64,000 nt of DNA, from contig JAEWHE010000014.1 in NCBI GenBank assembly GCA_023387965.1, positions 157,875 through 221,874 of the forward strand, given 5' to 3'. Shown here in pieces: positions 8,850 through 18,361 of this stretch (positions are counted from its first letter, which is position 1; the number at the start of each line of letters is the position of its first letter). The notes beneath the pieces are model-generated. The model was not told where the DNA came from and searched no databases. It saw nothing but the letters and a program-made list of their open reading frames with translations. Source of the DNA: Bacteroidota bacterium. Lineage in GTDB: Bacteria; Bacteroidota; Bacteroidia; Flavobacteriales; Flavobacteriaceae. The position numbers and the translations under genes are program-made.

Positions 8850-11039
8850 ATGAAAAGATTGTTGTTTTTCCTATTCTTGTTAAATAATTTTTCGGTTTCA
8901 TCGCAAAAACTTGATGACAATTATCTTAATCAAAAGTTAGAAGAGGCGAGCAAATTGCACCGTCAGTTTGAATATGACCAATCATTTGCGGTTTTAGATA
9001 ATTTGTATGCCAAAGCTTTGCAGGAAAATAATCAACTTGCCGCAGGACTGGCATTGATTAAAAAAACTGCTTATCAAATAGTTCTCGATGAAAACTTTGC
9101 AAAAAAGATTGATTGGAAATCATTTGAAAAATTAGGGCCGAAAGCGGAACCCGAAAAAAATATCTTCAATGCTAAATTATTGCTGCTCAAATCTGGATGG
9201 GCTCAAAAAGAAGATAAGCCCTCACAAGCGTTTCAGTTTTTAGATCAAGCGCTTCAAATTTCTGGGAAAATAAATGACAACGCCGATATATTAGGTGAAA
9301 TTTATATTTTATACGGACAACTAAAGGCTAAAGAATCCGAGTATGTTGAGGCAAATTCTTATCTTTTGAGTGCATTGCAATTGGCTAAAAACGCAGGAGA
9401 CAGAAATTCAGAAGGAACTATTTATGGCGAATTGGCAAATACATCTTTTTTAATGGGCGAAAAATCCCGAGCAAAAGAATATGCGAAGCAAGGAATTGAT
9501 TTGCTGAAAGCCTTTGACGACCGAGAAGAATTAATTATTCAGTTAAGTAATTTAGGCAGAATTTACCAATTAGAAGGCGATTTTGAGTCGGCAATTCCTT
9601 ATTTTTCAGAATCTGCTGCTTTGGCTTCGCATTCTAAAAATAAACAGGCCATTTTTGTGAGTTTGGTGGATTTAGCTCTGGTTTATCATGCCAAAAAAGA
9701 TCGCCCAAATGCTCTAAAATTCATGCAACAAGCGATCGCTGAAGGCAAAAAAAATAACCAGCCAAAATTGCATCGGTATATTAGAATGGGAGCGATGTTT
9801 GCCGGATATGTTGGCGACGAGGAATTGATGAATCGATTGTACAACGAGAGTTTTTTTTTGGCAAAACAAGCTAAAGATAAAGACGCGCTTCGTGATTGGA
9901 ACGCTTCGCAGAGTTTTTATTATGCCAATGTAAAAAATGATAAGGCCAAGGCGTTTCCTTTTCTGGAAAAATTTCATACCTACAAAGACAGCATTTTAAA
10001 CGAGAAGTCGCGAAAAGATTTTAACGAACTTGAAGTAAAATACCAATCCGAGAAAAAGCAAGCCGAGATTGATAGATTAGCCCGAAACGAAAAAATTCAG
10101 CAACTGGAAATCGATAAAAAAAATGCTTTGTTACGTGGAAATTTATTGGAAGCCGCCGAAAAACAAAAAGAAATAGAACTTTTAACCACTCAAAATACCC
10201 TTGCGCAACTTGAAGTGGAACAGCAAAAAAAGACAATTGGTTTGCGTGAAGCACAAGTTTTGAATTTTGTGCAACAAGAAAAAATTGCCAAACAACAAGA
10301 TCTAATCAATCAAGTCAAATTGAAAAATGAAAAACTTAACCGAAATCTGGCGATACTTTTAATGGTAATTTCGGGAACTGTTTTTGCTTTTTTGTTTAAT
10401 CGAATGTTGCTTCGCAAAAAATTGGAGCAAAAGAAAATTTTACTTTCCGAAAGATCCCGAATTGCCTCCGAACTTCACGACGAAGTAGGAAGTACATTAA
10501 CCGCTATTAATTTAATGTCTTATGCTACAGCAAATAAGATTGAAGAACCTGAATCAAAGCTTCAACTTAACAAAATTTCACAAAACACGCAATCTGTGAT
10601 GGAAAGCATCAGTGATATCGTTTGGAGCATGAACCCCGACAACGATAGTTTTGACAAAATGATCATTAGGATGAAAGAATTTACCGCCAACGTTCTCGAA
10701 CCACAAAATATAGATTACCATTTTCAAATTGAATCCGGACTCGAAACCATCAAATTTTCTCCCGAAAAACGCCGCGACTTTTATTTGATTTTTAAAGAAG
10801 CAATGAATAATTTAGCAAAATATTCTCAAGCCTCTTCAGCTAAAATTACCATCAAAAAAAGCAAAAAGAACATCATTTGTGCAATTACGGATAACGGTAA
10901 AGGATTTGATTTAAATAAAAAAGACTCTGGAAATGGACTTAAAAATATGAAACATCGGACCGAAAAACACAATGGTAAGTTATTGATTAATAGCGTGTTT
11001 GGCGGAACTGAAATTATTTTGCATTTTCCACACGCATAA
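8850..11039 (+). CDS. TPR-containing sensor histidine kinase (HisKA_3 type)
   Basis: Signal peptide, TPR repeats, coiled coil, TM helix, RIASELHDEVGS H-box, EAMNNLAKY, DNGKGF, GNGLKNM. Confidence 0.93.
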   Translation: MKRLLFFLFLLNNFSVSSQKLDDNYLNQKLEEASKLHRQFEYDQSFAVLDNLYAKALQENNQLAAGLALIKKTAYQIVLDENFAKKIDWKSFEKLGPKAEPEKNIFNAKLLLLKSGWAQKEDKPSQAFQFLDQALQISGKINDNADILGEIYILYGQLKAKESEYVEANSYLLSALQLAKNAGDRNSEGTIYGELANTSFLMGEKSRAKEYAKQGIDLLKAFDDREELIIQLSNLGRIYQLEGDFESAIPYFSESAALASHSKNKQAIFVSLVDLALVYHAKKDRPNALKFMQQAIAEGKKNNQPKLHRYIRMGAMFAGYVGDEELMNRLYNESFFLAKQAKDKDALRDWNASQSFYYANVKNDKAKAFPFLEKFHTYKDSILNEKSRKDFNELEVKYQSEKKQAEIDRLARNEKIQQLEIDKKNALLRGNLLEAAEKQKEIELLTTQNTLAQLEVEQQKKTIGLREAQVLNFVQQEKIAKQQDLINQVKLKNEKLNRNLAILLMVISGTVFAFLFNRMLLRKKLEQKKILLSERSRIASELHDEVGSTLTAINLMSYATANKIEEPESKLQLNKISQNTQSVMESISDIVWSMNPDNDSFDKMIIRMKEFTANVLEPQNIDYHFQIESGLETIKFSPEKRRDFYLIFKEAMNNLAKYSQASSAKITIKKSKKNIICAITDNGKGFDLNKKDSGNGLKNMKHRTEKHNGKLLINSVFGGTEIILHFPHA

Positions 11040-11095
11040 AAATGCTATTTTTTTCGTGAGCTACAATATGTTACTTTACTTTAAAATTTTCACAG

Positions 11096-11731
11096 ATGAT
11101 TAAAGTTGCAGTTTTTGAAGATAACAATGCTTTGCGTGAACAATTGATGCTGTTACTCAACCAGCCTCAAAACAAATTGACTTGCATTGGAGGTTGGGAA
11201 AATTGTCTCCAAGTCGAAAAAATTATCGAGCATTACCAACCGGATATTGTGTTGATGGATATCGATATGCCGGAAGCTGACGGATTTGTGGGGTTAAAAT
11301 ATATTTCGCAAAATAAGCCTAAAATTCCGGTGATTATGCTCACGGTTTTTGAGGATGACAAAAATGTTTTCGAAAGCATTTGTCTGGGAGCCAAAGGTTA
11401 TTTGCTTAAAAAATCTTCACCAGAAAAAATTATTGAATCCATCCACGATACTTTAAATGGTGGTTCGCCAATTAGTCCGGAAATTGCCCGAAAAGTCATG
11501 ACTGCTTTTGCTGCAATCAAGCAAATGATTAAACCTGATTATAAATTAACGCTTCGTGAAAAAGATGTATTGCAATCGTTGGTTGATGGAAATAGCTATA
11601 AAATGATTGCTTCTGAGTTAGATATTTCGATTAATACAGTTCGGCAATTTATCAGAAGTATCTATGATAAACTCCAAGTGCATTCCATGAACGAAGCGGT
11701 TTCTAAAGCTATCAAGCAAAATATTGTATAA
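11096..11731 (+). CDS. NarL/LuxR-family response regulator
   Basis: REC domain (LMDIDMP, GAKGYLLK) plus LTLREKDVL...YKMIA HTH. Confidence 0.95.
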   Translation: MIKVAVFEDNNALREQLMLLLNQPQNKLTCIGGWENCLQVEKIIEHYQPDIVLMDIDMPEADGFVGLKYISQNKPKIPVIMLTVFEDDKNVFESICLGAKGYLLKKSSPEKIIESIHDTLNGGSPISPEIARKVMTAFAAIKQMIKPDYKLTLREKDVLQSLVDGNSYKMIASELDISINTVRQFIRSIYDKLQVHSMNEAVSKAIKQNIV

Positions 11732-11732
11732 A

Positions 11733-11763
11733 AAAAGCGACAATCTTCTGGAGATTATCGCTT
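11733..11763 (+). terminator. Terminator-like hairpin
   Basis: AAAGCGACAATCT..AGATTATCGCTTT. Confidence 0.55.
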
Positions 11764-11935
11764 TAATTTTACTGCAAGTTTTTTTGAAATAGTGTGCTTA
11801 GAATGCTCGAATCTTAGAACAGTCAAATTCAAAATTTGTTCATCTTCGATTAAATTCGGATTAAATCGATTGCTGATAACAAAAATTAGTGAATTTGTGG
11901 CTAACTCATTTTTCAAAAATTAATTACGGTCTAGG

Positions 11936-13354
11936 TTAAAATTTATTTTCCACTTCCGCAGCCTGAAGCATCAAGTAGTGCATATCAGTATTTTTAACGA
12001 AAGGTTTTAAGAGTTCACTTCCCGGTCCAAAAGCCGCCAATTCCACATAATCTGCGGAATGATCCATGCTAATCCAACCTACCGAATTGTATTTTTGTTG
12101 AATTTCGGAAAGGGCTTTGAAAGGTAATTTTTTGTAATTGTACAAACCGTCTTCGGATTTGTGCAAACCATTGTAATATGATAAAATTTCTTTTGCTTCT
12201 TCCTCTGAAACCGCATGACCATTGCTGGCTTCAAATTTTTCCCTGATTTGAGAGACCGTTGTATTGGCGTTGAAACTATTCAAAATCGCTTCATTTGTGT
12301 GTGTATATTTTTGAATAGCGTCAAAATTATCATTCGCTTTTTTGCCATAAATCACACCAGGGTTTGCGTTTCCATGATCTGTGGTGATGATTACCAAAGT
12401 TTCTTTGTCTTTTTCGGCAAAATCCATTACTACTTTTATCGCTTCGTCAAAGGCAATCTGATCGTGAATCACAGCCGCGATATCATTGGCATGAGCTCCC
12501 CAATCAACCTTTCCCGATTCTATCTGAAGCACAAAACCTTTTTTGTGGTCTTTCATTCGGTCGATTGCTTTTTGGGTCATTTCTGCTAACGTAGGAATTT
12601 TTTTCTGAAGATTCGCATCAATTTGTCTATCAATAGCATACGGAACTGCGTCATCTTCAAAAACACCCAAAATTGGTTCGTTATTTTTGGCGGCTAAAAG
12701 TTCATCTCGGGTTTTGGCAACTTGATAACCTTTGGCATAAAAACCTGAAAATAAATCTTTTTTGTCTTTCCGAAGAGAAGGATCAAAATGATTTTTTCCG
12801 CCGCCAAGCATCACGTCAAAGCCTAAATCAAGGTACATTTCGGCAATGTCGTCCATGGCGCTACGTTTTTTACTGTTTACACAAAAACCTGCTGGAGTGG
12901 CGTGAGTAATGGCAACAGTTGTCACGCAACCCGCCATTTTTCCGGCTTTTTTAAATTTTTGAAGAATCGGTAAATGTTCTTCACCGTTTGGTCCTACATT
13001 CAAAGCACCATTATTGACACGAAAACCGCCTCCCCAGGAAGAACTTCCGGCAGAGGAATCTGTAACAATAGAATTCGCCGAAGCCGTGTCCATCAATGCA
13101 CGCGAAACCTTATTGTCTTTGTACAATTGTAGCCAATTGGAGCCTTTGCCGTATTTTCTATTCAAAAATAAATCTGCCATATTAAGCGTTCCGGTACTCA
13201 TCCCGTCGCTTACCATAAAAATAATATTTTTTGCTTTCTTGTTTCGGCCAACTGATTCTATGTCTAAAATTGATGCCGAAGCCTGAAACGGATTCATCAC
13301 CGCAGCTCCTAAAGTAAAGAGCGATCCGTTGCGGAAAAACTTCCTTCTGTCCAT
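11936..13354 (-). CDS. PhoA-family alkaline phosphatase with twin-arginine signal
   Basis: MDRRKFF Tat-like signal; SDGM, VTDSSA, THATPA, DWGAHAND, TTDHG motifs. Confidence 0.9.
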   Translation of the reverse strand: MDRRKFFRNGSLFTLGAAVMNPFQASASILDIESVGRNKKAKNIIFMVSDGMSTGTLNMADLFLNRKYGKGSNWLQLYKDNKVSRALMDTASANSIVTDSSAGSSSWGGGFRVNNGALNVGPNGEEHLPILQKFKKAGKMAGCVTTVAITHATPAGFCVNSKKRSAMDDIAEMYLDLGFDVMLGGGKNHFDPSLRKDKKDLFSGFYAKGYQVAKTRDELLAAKNNEPILGVFEDDAVPYAIDRQIDANLQKKIPTLAEMTQKAIDRMKDHKKGFVLQIESGKVDWGAHANDIAAVIHDQIAFDEAIKVVMDFAEKDKETLVIITTDHGNANPGVIYGKKANDNFDAIQKYTHTNEAILNSFNANTTVSQIREKFEASNGHAVSEEEAKEILSYYNGLHKSEDGLYNYKKLPFKALSEIQQKYNSVGWISMDHSADYVELAAFGPGSELLKPFVKNTDMHYLMLQAAEVENKF

Positions 13355-13624
13355 TAGAAATTAAATTGTGTTTGTGCCAAAGATAGGCATATTCAAAACG
13401 AACTTTTGTTTAAGAAATTGTTATTTGAGTTGAAGTTTATGTGTAAATTATATTTTGAGAAATATTTCAAAACGAAAAAAGGAACGTCTAACTCATTTAA
13501 AATGTTTATTTAATTGAAATAGTTTAAATATTTGGTTACCAAATTTTTAAATGTATTTCAATATTATTAAAAAAGCCATTATAAACAAAATCTATAATGG
13601 TTTTTTCGATGGTTTTTGATTGGT

Positions 13625-14848
13625 TTAAACAGTGGTAACGTTTTCAAAATTAAATTCCACTTGATTTCTCAAAATGTCCTCAAATGTTTCGTGATTGCGA
13701 ATTAAAATAGCTTCATTTTCGTGCCATAAAACTTCGGCTGGTTTAAGTCGGGAATTGTAATTAGATGCCATTGTGAAGCAATAGGCTCCGGCGTTTTTAA
13801 AACATAAAATATCACCTTCTTTAATTTCTGAAATTCTGCGGTTGGTAGCAAAGGTGTCGGTTTCACAAATATATCCCGTAACCGAATAAAATCGTTCTTT
13901 TCCTTTTGGGTTGGAAATATTTAAAATTTCGTGAGAAGAACCGTAAAACATTGGACGAATGAGGTGGTTAAATCCGCTGTTGATTTGTGCAAAAACAGTT
14001 GAAGTGGTTTGTTTTACCACATTAACTTGTGCCAAAAAATAGCCTGCTTCGCTTACCAAGTATTTCCCTGGTTCGAAAGCCAAAATGAGTTCTTTGCCGT
14101 ATTCTTTACAAAAAGCATTAAATCTTTTCGAAAGTTTTTTGCCTAATTCTTCAATGTCGGTTTCGATGTCGTCTTTTTTGTAAGGTACTTTAAAACCGCT
14201 TCCAAAGTCGATGAAATCTAAATTAGGGAAATGTTTAGCGGCATCAAACAAAATTTCAGCAGCATAAAGGAAAACCTCAATGTCCAAAATATCCGAACCT
14301 GTATGCATGTGAATGCCGTTTATATGCATGTTAGTATTTTCTACGATGCGTAAAATATGCGGCAATTGATTTACAGAAATCCCAAATTTACTGTCGATAT
14401 GACCAACAGAAATATTGGCATTTCCGCCAGCCATAACGTGCGGATTGATACGAACGCAAACCGGAATTTCAGGATATTTGGCGCCAAAATGCTCTAAAAC
14501 CGAAAGATTGTCAATATTGATTTGTACGCCAAGATGTGCTACTTCTTCGATTTCTTCGAAAGAAACGCCATTTGGGGTGTAAATAATTTTTTCGGGCGAA
14601 AAACCTGCGTGTAAACCTAATTGAACTTCTTGTAAAGAAACGGTATCCAAACCTGAACCAAAGGTTTTAAATAATTTGAGAATCGAAATATTCGAATTGG
14701 CTTTAACGGCATAATTAATTTGAAGATTAGCTATTTTGCTAAACGCCGAAACCAATCGGGAATACTGCAATTGAATTTTAGCAGAATCGTAAACGTAAAT
14801 TGGCGCTTGAAAGTCTTGGGCAATTTGTAATAAATGAGAATGTTGCAT
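13625..14848 (-). CDS. lysA: Diaminopimelate decarboxylase
   Basis: YAVKAN PLP lysine, HMHTGS, EPGKY, ICETD, GAYCFTMASNYN. Confidence 0.95.
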   Translation of the reverse strand: MQHSHLLQIAQDFQAPIYVYDSAKIQLQYSRLVSAFSKIANLQINYAVKANSNISILKLFKTFGSGLDTVSLQEVQLGLHAGFSPEKIIYTPNGVSFEEIEEVAHLGVQINIDNLSVLEHFGAKYPEIPVCVRINPHVMAGGNANISVGHIDSKFGISVNQLPHILRIVENTNMHINGIHMHTGSDILDIEVFLYAAEILFDAAKHFPNLDFIDFGSGFKVPYKKDDIETDIEELGKKLSKRFNAFCKEYGKELILAFEPGKYLVSEAGYFLAQVNVVKQTTSTVFAQINSGFNHLIRPMFYGSSHEILNISNPKGKERFYSVTGYICETDTFATNRRISEIKEGDILCFKNAGAYCFTMASNYNSRLKPAEVLWHENEAILIRNHETFEDILRNQVEFNFENVTTV

Positions 14849-14988
14849 GTTGATTTTCTTTTTTTGACAAATTTAAAATGCAAAATTTTAGTTTGAAAAA
14901 AAATGTGTTGAAATAACAAAAAATAACGAATTGTTATTTTAAAACTTAAATACTATTAAAAATTGTAATTTTAGCACAAATGTCGTGA

Positions 14989-15148
14989 TAGCCCGGATAG
15001 CAGCGGAAAGCCTTTTGCACCAAAAAACAATTTTTTCCTCTGGAAACGGAGCGACTCCCGAAACTTCGGGAGAAGCTCCCGTTTCCGGATTTGGAAAAAA
15101 GTTTTTTGGAAAAAAGCTTGCAGCGGATAGCCGGAATAGCTCCTAAAA
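14989..15148 (+). ncRNA. Dispersed structured element copy C (Flavo-1-like, long nested loop)
   Basis: TAGCCCGGATAGCAGCGGAAAGCCTTTT-[~100-nt nested hairpin]-AAAAGCTTGCAGCGGATAGCCGGAATAGCTCCTAAAA. Confidence 0.65.
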
Positions 15149-15255
15149 AACAGAAAGTAAATATTTGAAAATATTGTTTCGCTGGTTAAATAGTATTTGT
15201 TATTTTTGTGGCACCCGAATTTTTGGGAGATGAAACAGACAAAAACTTCATAAAA

Positions 15256-16449
15256 ATGGATATACACGAATACCAAGGAAAAGAAATTTTGGCCAGCTAT
15301 GGCGTGAAAGTTCAACGCGGGCATATTGCAAATAATCCGCAGGAAGCAGTAGCTATGGCAAAACAATTAACTGCTGAAACCGGAACAGGTTGGCACGTGA
15401 TTAAAGCGCAAGTTCATGCGGGAGGTCGCGGAAAAGGCGGTGGTGTGAAATTGGCTAAAAATTTACAACAAGTTGAGGAAATTGCAGAGCAAATTATTGG
15501 AATGCAATTGATTACACCTCAAACTTCTGCCGAAGGTAAAAAAGTGCACAAGGTTTTGATCGCTGAAGATGTATATTATCCGGGCGAAAGCGAGACATCT
15601 GAGTTTTATATGTCGGTGCTTTTAAACAGAGGAAAAGGAAAAAATATGATCATGTATTCTACCGAAGGTGGAATGGATATCGAGGAAGTTGCTGAAAAAA
15701 CGCCTCATTTAATTTTTACCGAAGAAATTGATCCGCTTGTTGGATTGCAAGGTTTTCAGGCGAGAAGAGTAGCGTTCAACTTAGGTTTGAGCGGTACTGC
15801 TTTTAAAGAAATGGTTCAGTTTGTGGACGCGCTTTACAAAGCTTACGTGGGTAGTGATGCTTCGATGTTTGAAATTAATCCGGTGTTGAAAACATCTGAC
15901 AATAAAATTATCGCTGTTGACGCCAAAGTAAATCTTGATGACAACGCTTTGTACAGACATCCAAAATTAGCTGAAATGCGCGACGTTCGTGAGGAAAATC
16001 CTATTGAGGTTGAAGCGAAAGCGGCTGGTTTGAACTATGTGGATCTTGACGGAACTGTTGGTTGCATGGTGAATGGTGCTGGTTTGGCAATGGCGACAAT
16101 GGATTTGATTAAATATGCAGGTTTTGAACCGGCAAATTTCTTAGACGTTGGTGGAACTGCTGATGCTAAACGTGTGGAATTGGCTTTCAGAATTATTTTG
16201 AAAGACCCTAACGTAAAAGCAATTTTGATTAATATTTTTGGAGGAATTGTTCGTTGTGACCGTGTGGCTCAAGGAGTTATCGACGCTTACAAAAACATGG
16301 GTGACAGCATTAAAGTGCCGATTATCGTGAGATTGCAAGGTACAAATGCCGAATTAGCAAAAGAAATGATTGACAATTCTGGAATGCCGATTTTATCTGC
16401 GGTACAATTCCAAGAAGCTGCAGACCAAGTGAAAGCTGCTTTATCTTAA
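15256..16449 (+). CDS. sucC: Succinyl-CoA synthetase beta subunit
   Basis: MDIHEYQGK start, KAQVHAGGRGKGGGV, NGAGLAMATMD, NIFGGIVRCD. Confidence 0.97.
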   Translation: MDIHEYQGKEILASYGVKVQRGHIANNPQEAVAMAKQLTAETGTGWHVIKAQVHAGGRGKGGGVKLAKNLQQVEEIAEQIIGMQLITPQTSAEGKKVHKVLIAEDVYYPGESETSEFYMSVLLNRGKGKNMIMYSTEGGMDIEEVAEKTPHLIFTEEIDPLVGLQGFQARRVAFNLGLSGTAFKEMVQFVDALYKAYVGSDASMFEINPVLKTSDNKIIAVDAKVNLDDNALYRHPKLAEMRDVREENPIEVEAKAAGLNYVDLDGTVGCMVNGAGLAMATMDLIKYAGFEPANFLDVGGTADAKRVELAFRIILKDPNVKAILINIFGGIVRCDRVAQGVIDAYKNMGDSIKVPIIVRLQGTNAELAKEMIDNSGMPILSAVQFQEAADQVKAALS

Positions 16450-16474
16450 TTGAAAAAATCTTAGTTATAGAAAG

Positions 16475-16502
16475 AATCCCGCTGAAAAGTGGGATTTTTT
16501 TT
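16475..16502. terminator. Terminator between convergent genes
   Basis: AATCCCGC-TGAAAA-GTGGGATTTTTT. Confidence 0.75.
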
Positions 16503-17025
16503 ATGGAAAAAAGTCAAGCAAAGCTTGGTAAGGATCGCCTTTTAGCTTTAGTAATTTGGCGAAAGCCGGTTCGGTTTTTAGTCCAGATTTTTTTAGACGA
16601 ATGATTTCCTGCCGAAAATTTTCTCCGCGTTCTTCCAAAATTTTCGCTTCGATCATCATGTGGCGAAAACCGTTTTGCTGCGTTACTGGAACATTTTGTC
16701 CGAAGATTTCAATTTCGAAACCGCCCAAAAAAAACTTGGCAATGACAGTTGAAATGCCGTTTACCATTCTTTTTTCCAAAGAAAATTTTTTCGCTTTCGC
16801 AAAATGTACTCGGATGACGTCAATAAAAATTTCATCATCATTACAACAGCATAAAATATCTAAATCGCTGGTTTCGATAGCAATGTTTATCGGAATTGTT
16901 CCAGCCAAAACAGGGGAGAAGTCACTTAAAATTTCCATCACTTGAAATTGCTGTAAAACAAAAAACGCTTCTTGTTGAAGCGTTGTTCCGTTTTTTAGAT
17001 ACTCAATGGAAAGAAAGTCAATCAC
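16501..17025 (-). CDS. DUF4269-family protein (nucleotidyltransferase-like motif)
   Basis: LAGTIPINI..SDLDILC, EIEIFGQ, GLKTEPAFAKLL. Confidence 0.75.
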   Translation of the reverse strand: MIDFLSIEYLKNGTTLQQEAFFVLQQFQVMEILSDFSPVLAGTIPINIAIETSDLDILCCCNDDEIFIDVIRVHFAKAKKFSLEKRMVNGISTVIAKFFLGGFEIEIFGQNVPVTQQNGFRHMMIEAKILEERGENFRQEIIRLKKSGLKTEPAFAKLLKLKGDPYQALLDFFP

Positions 17026-17462
17026 TCCGATTTTTTCTTTTTGCCGTTGTTAAATTTTACTTTTTCAACCACCGAAGGTTTGGCTTCAGATTTTTTAGGC
17101 TTGAAATTTTTCGCCGGGCTTTTAGATGCAAAAGGTTTTTTTGCGGCAGGTTTTTTCGTTTCTTCTTTTGGTTTAAAGCCTTTTGCCGGTGCTTTTATTT
17201 GAGCTCTATTTTTTTCCAAAACGTCTTTAGCATTTGTAGGATTTTCTTTTGTGCCTCGCAAATGAATAACCAATCCGTTTAAGAAATTACGCAACACCTG
17301 ATCACCACAATTTTTATAATTTGGATGGTCTTCTGCGCGGAAAAAGGCACCAAGTTCTGCTTTAGAAATCCGAAAATCTACCAATTCTAAAATTTCTACA
17401 ATTTGATCGTCGCGCAATTGCAACGCCACACGTAGTTTCTTAAAAATATCGTTGTTGGTCAT
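17022..17462 (-). CDS. DUF1456-family protein with Lys-rich tail
   Basis: MTNNDIFKKLRVAL ... CGDQVLRNFLNGL. Confidence 0.8.
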   Translation of the reverse strand: MTNNDIFKKLRVALQLRDDQIVEILELVDFRISKAELGAFFRAEDHPNYKNCGDQVLRNFLNGLVIHLRGTKENPTNAKDVLEKNRAQIKAPAKGFKPKEETKKPAAKKPFASKSPAKNFKPKKSEAKPSVVEKVKFNNGKKKKSE

Positions 17463-17530
17463 AATCTTTATTTATTGCAAAGATAGATTTTTTTCGGTTT
17501 GCCCCTGAATATTCGGGAAGTATTGTTTTT

Positions 17531-17715
17531 CCCGCTGAATAAATTTAGAGGTAATTGATTTAGTTTGTCAATTTACGGCATCAATTACAACCGACTTCAG
17601 TCGGTTGAGTAAACAAAGACTTCAGTCAGTCGAGCTGTAATAAAAACTTAAGTAGGTTGAGTTAAAACAGACTTCAGTCGGTTGAGTTAAAAGAAAAGAC
17701 TTCAATCAATTTAAG
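17531..17715 (+). repeat. Left REP doublet plus five-unit tandem array
   Basis: Hairpin1-GTAATTGAT-20nt-ATCAATTAC-hairpin2, then GACTTCAGTCGGTTGAG-like units at 17593, 17618, 17645, 17670, 17698. Confidence 0.85.
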
Positions 17716-17744
17716 AAAATGCATATCTTAGCAATAAAAATTAT

Positions 17745-18170
17745 ATGCCATTTATTTCAATTTACGTGCACATTGTGTTTACCACTAAAAATAGATTTCC
17801 ATTTCTTAATACTATGGAATTAAGAAAAAAAGTTTGGAAACATATTTTTGAAAACGCTAAAAGTAAAGATATTCATATTGATATGGTTAATGGATATTCA
17901 GACCATTGTCACATATTATTATCGCTTAAATCATCTGAAAATATTAGCCAAATCCTCAAATTAGTAAAAGGAGAAAGTTCGAAATGGATTAATGACAGTC
18001 GATTAATTTTAGAAAAATTTGAATGGCAAAATGATTATTATGCAATATCAGTTTCAAATTCTCATCTTCAAAGAGTTAGAAATTATATTAAAAATCAGGA
18101 AGTTCATCACTCGAAAAAAAGTCTGGATGATGAGATAAAGTTAGTTAGTAAAGTGGTAAATGCTAAGTAA
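17745..18170 (+). mobile_element. tnpA: IS200/IS605-family HUH Y1 transposase (RAYT-like), no tnpB
   Basis: HIVFTTKNR, DHCH (HUH), KGESSKW, FEWQNDYY, YIKNQ (catalytic Tyr); visibly more AT-rich than neighbours. Confidence 0.92.
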
Positions 18171-18212
18171 TTTCCTTTCTTCTGATAAATTTAAAGTTTG
18201 ATTCGTTTTCAT

Positions 18213-18360
18213 CCCTCTGAATAAATTCAGAGGTAATTGATTTTGTCTACCTTCTGGTATCAATTACAACCGACTTCAGTCGGTTGAGAACCGAAAACTT
18301 CAGCCGGTTAAGTAAACAAAGACTTTAGTCGGTTGAGATAAAAAGACTTATTCGGTTGCG
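18213..18360 (+). repeat. Right REP doublet plus four-unit tandem array
   Basis: CCTCTGAATAAATTCAGAGG/GTAATTGAT-17nt-ATCAATTAC/CAACCGACTTCAGTCGGTTG; units at 18272, 18296, 18321, 18345. Confidence 0.85.
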
Positions 18361-18361
18361 T

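Noticed and set aside
13355..13624. Pho-box-like repeats upstream of the phosphatase
   Set aside because: Only weak TAACA-like matches in very AT-rich DNA; not supportable by eye.
15208..15255. N-terminal extensions in the ORF track (sucC; also 2645, 33356, 39566, 47176, 52178, 63881)
   Set aside because: Downstream ATGs match family N-termini or signal peptides; the extensions run into promoter or upstream-gene sequence.
15256..16449. sucC without sucD, and trmD-rplS without rpsP-rimM
   Set aside because: Split arrangements are, to my knowledge, usual in Flavobacteriaceae.
17593..18360. CRISPR array interpretation of the tandem units flanking tnpA
   Set aside because: Units are 17 nt with 7-11 nt A-rich spacers, too short for CRISPR; no cas genes in the window; units derive from the REP hairpin.
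17745..18360. IS605/OMEGA system (TnpB/IscB with guide RNA)
   Set aside because: No RuvC-type ORF next to tnpA; the neighbours are DUF1456 and an esterase.
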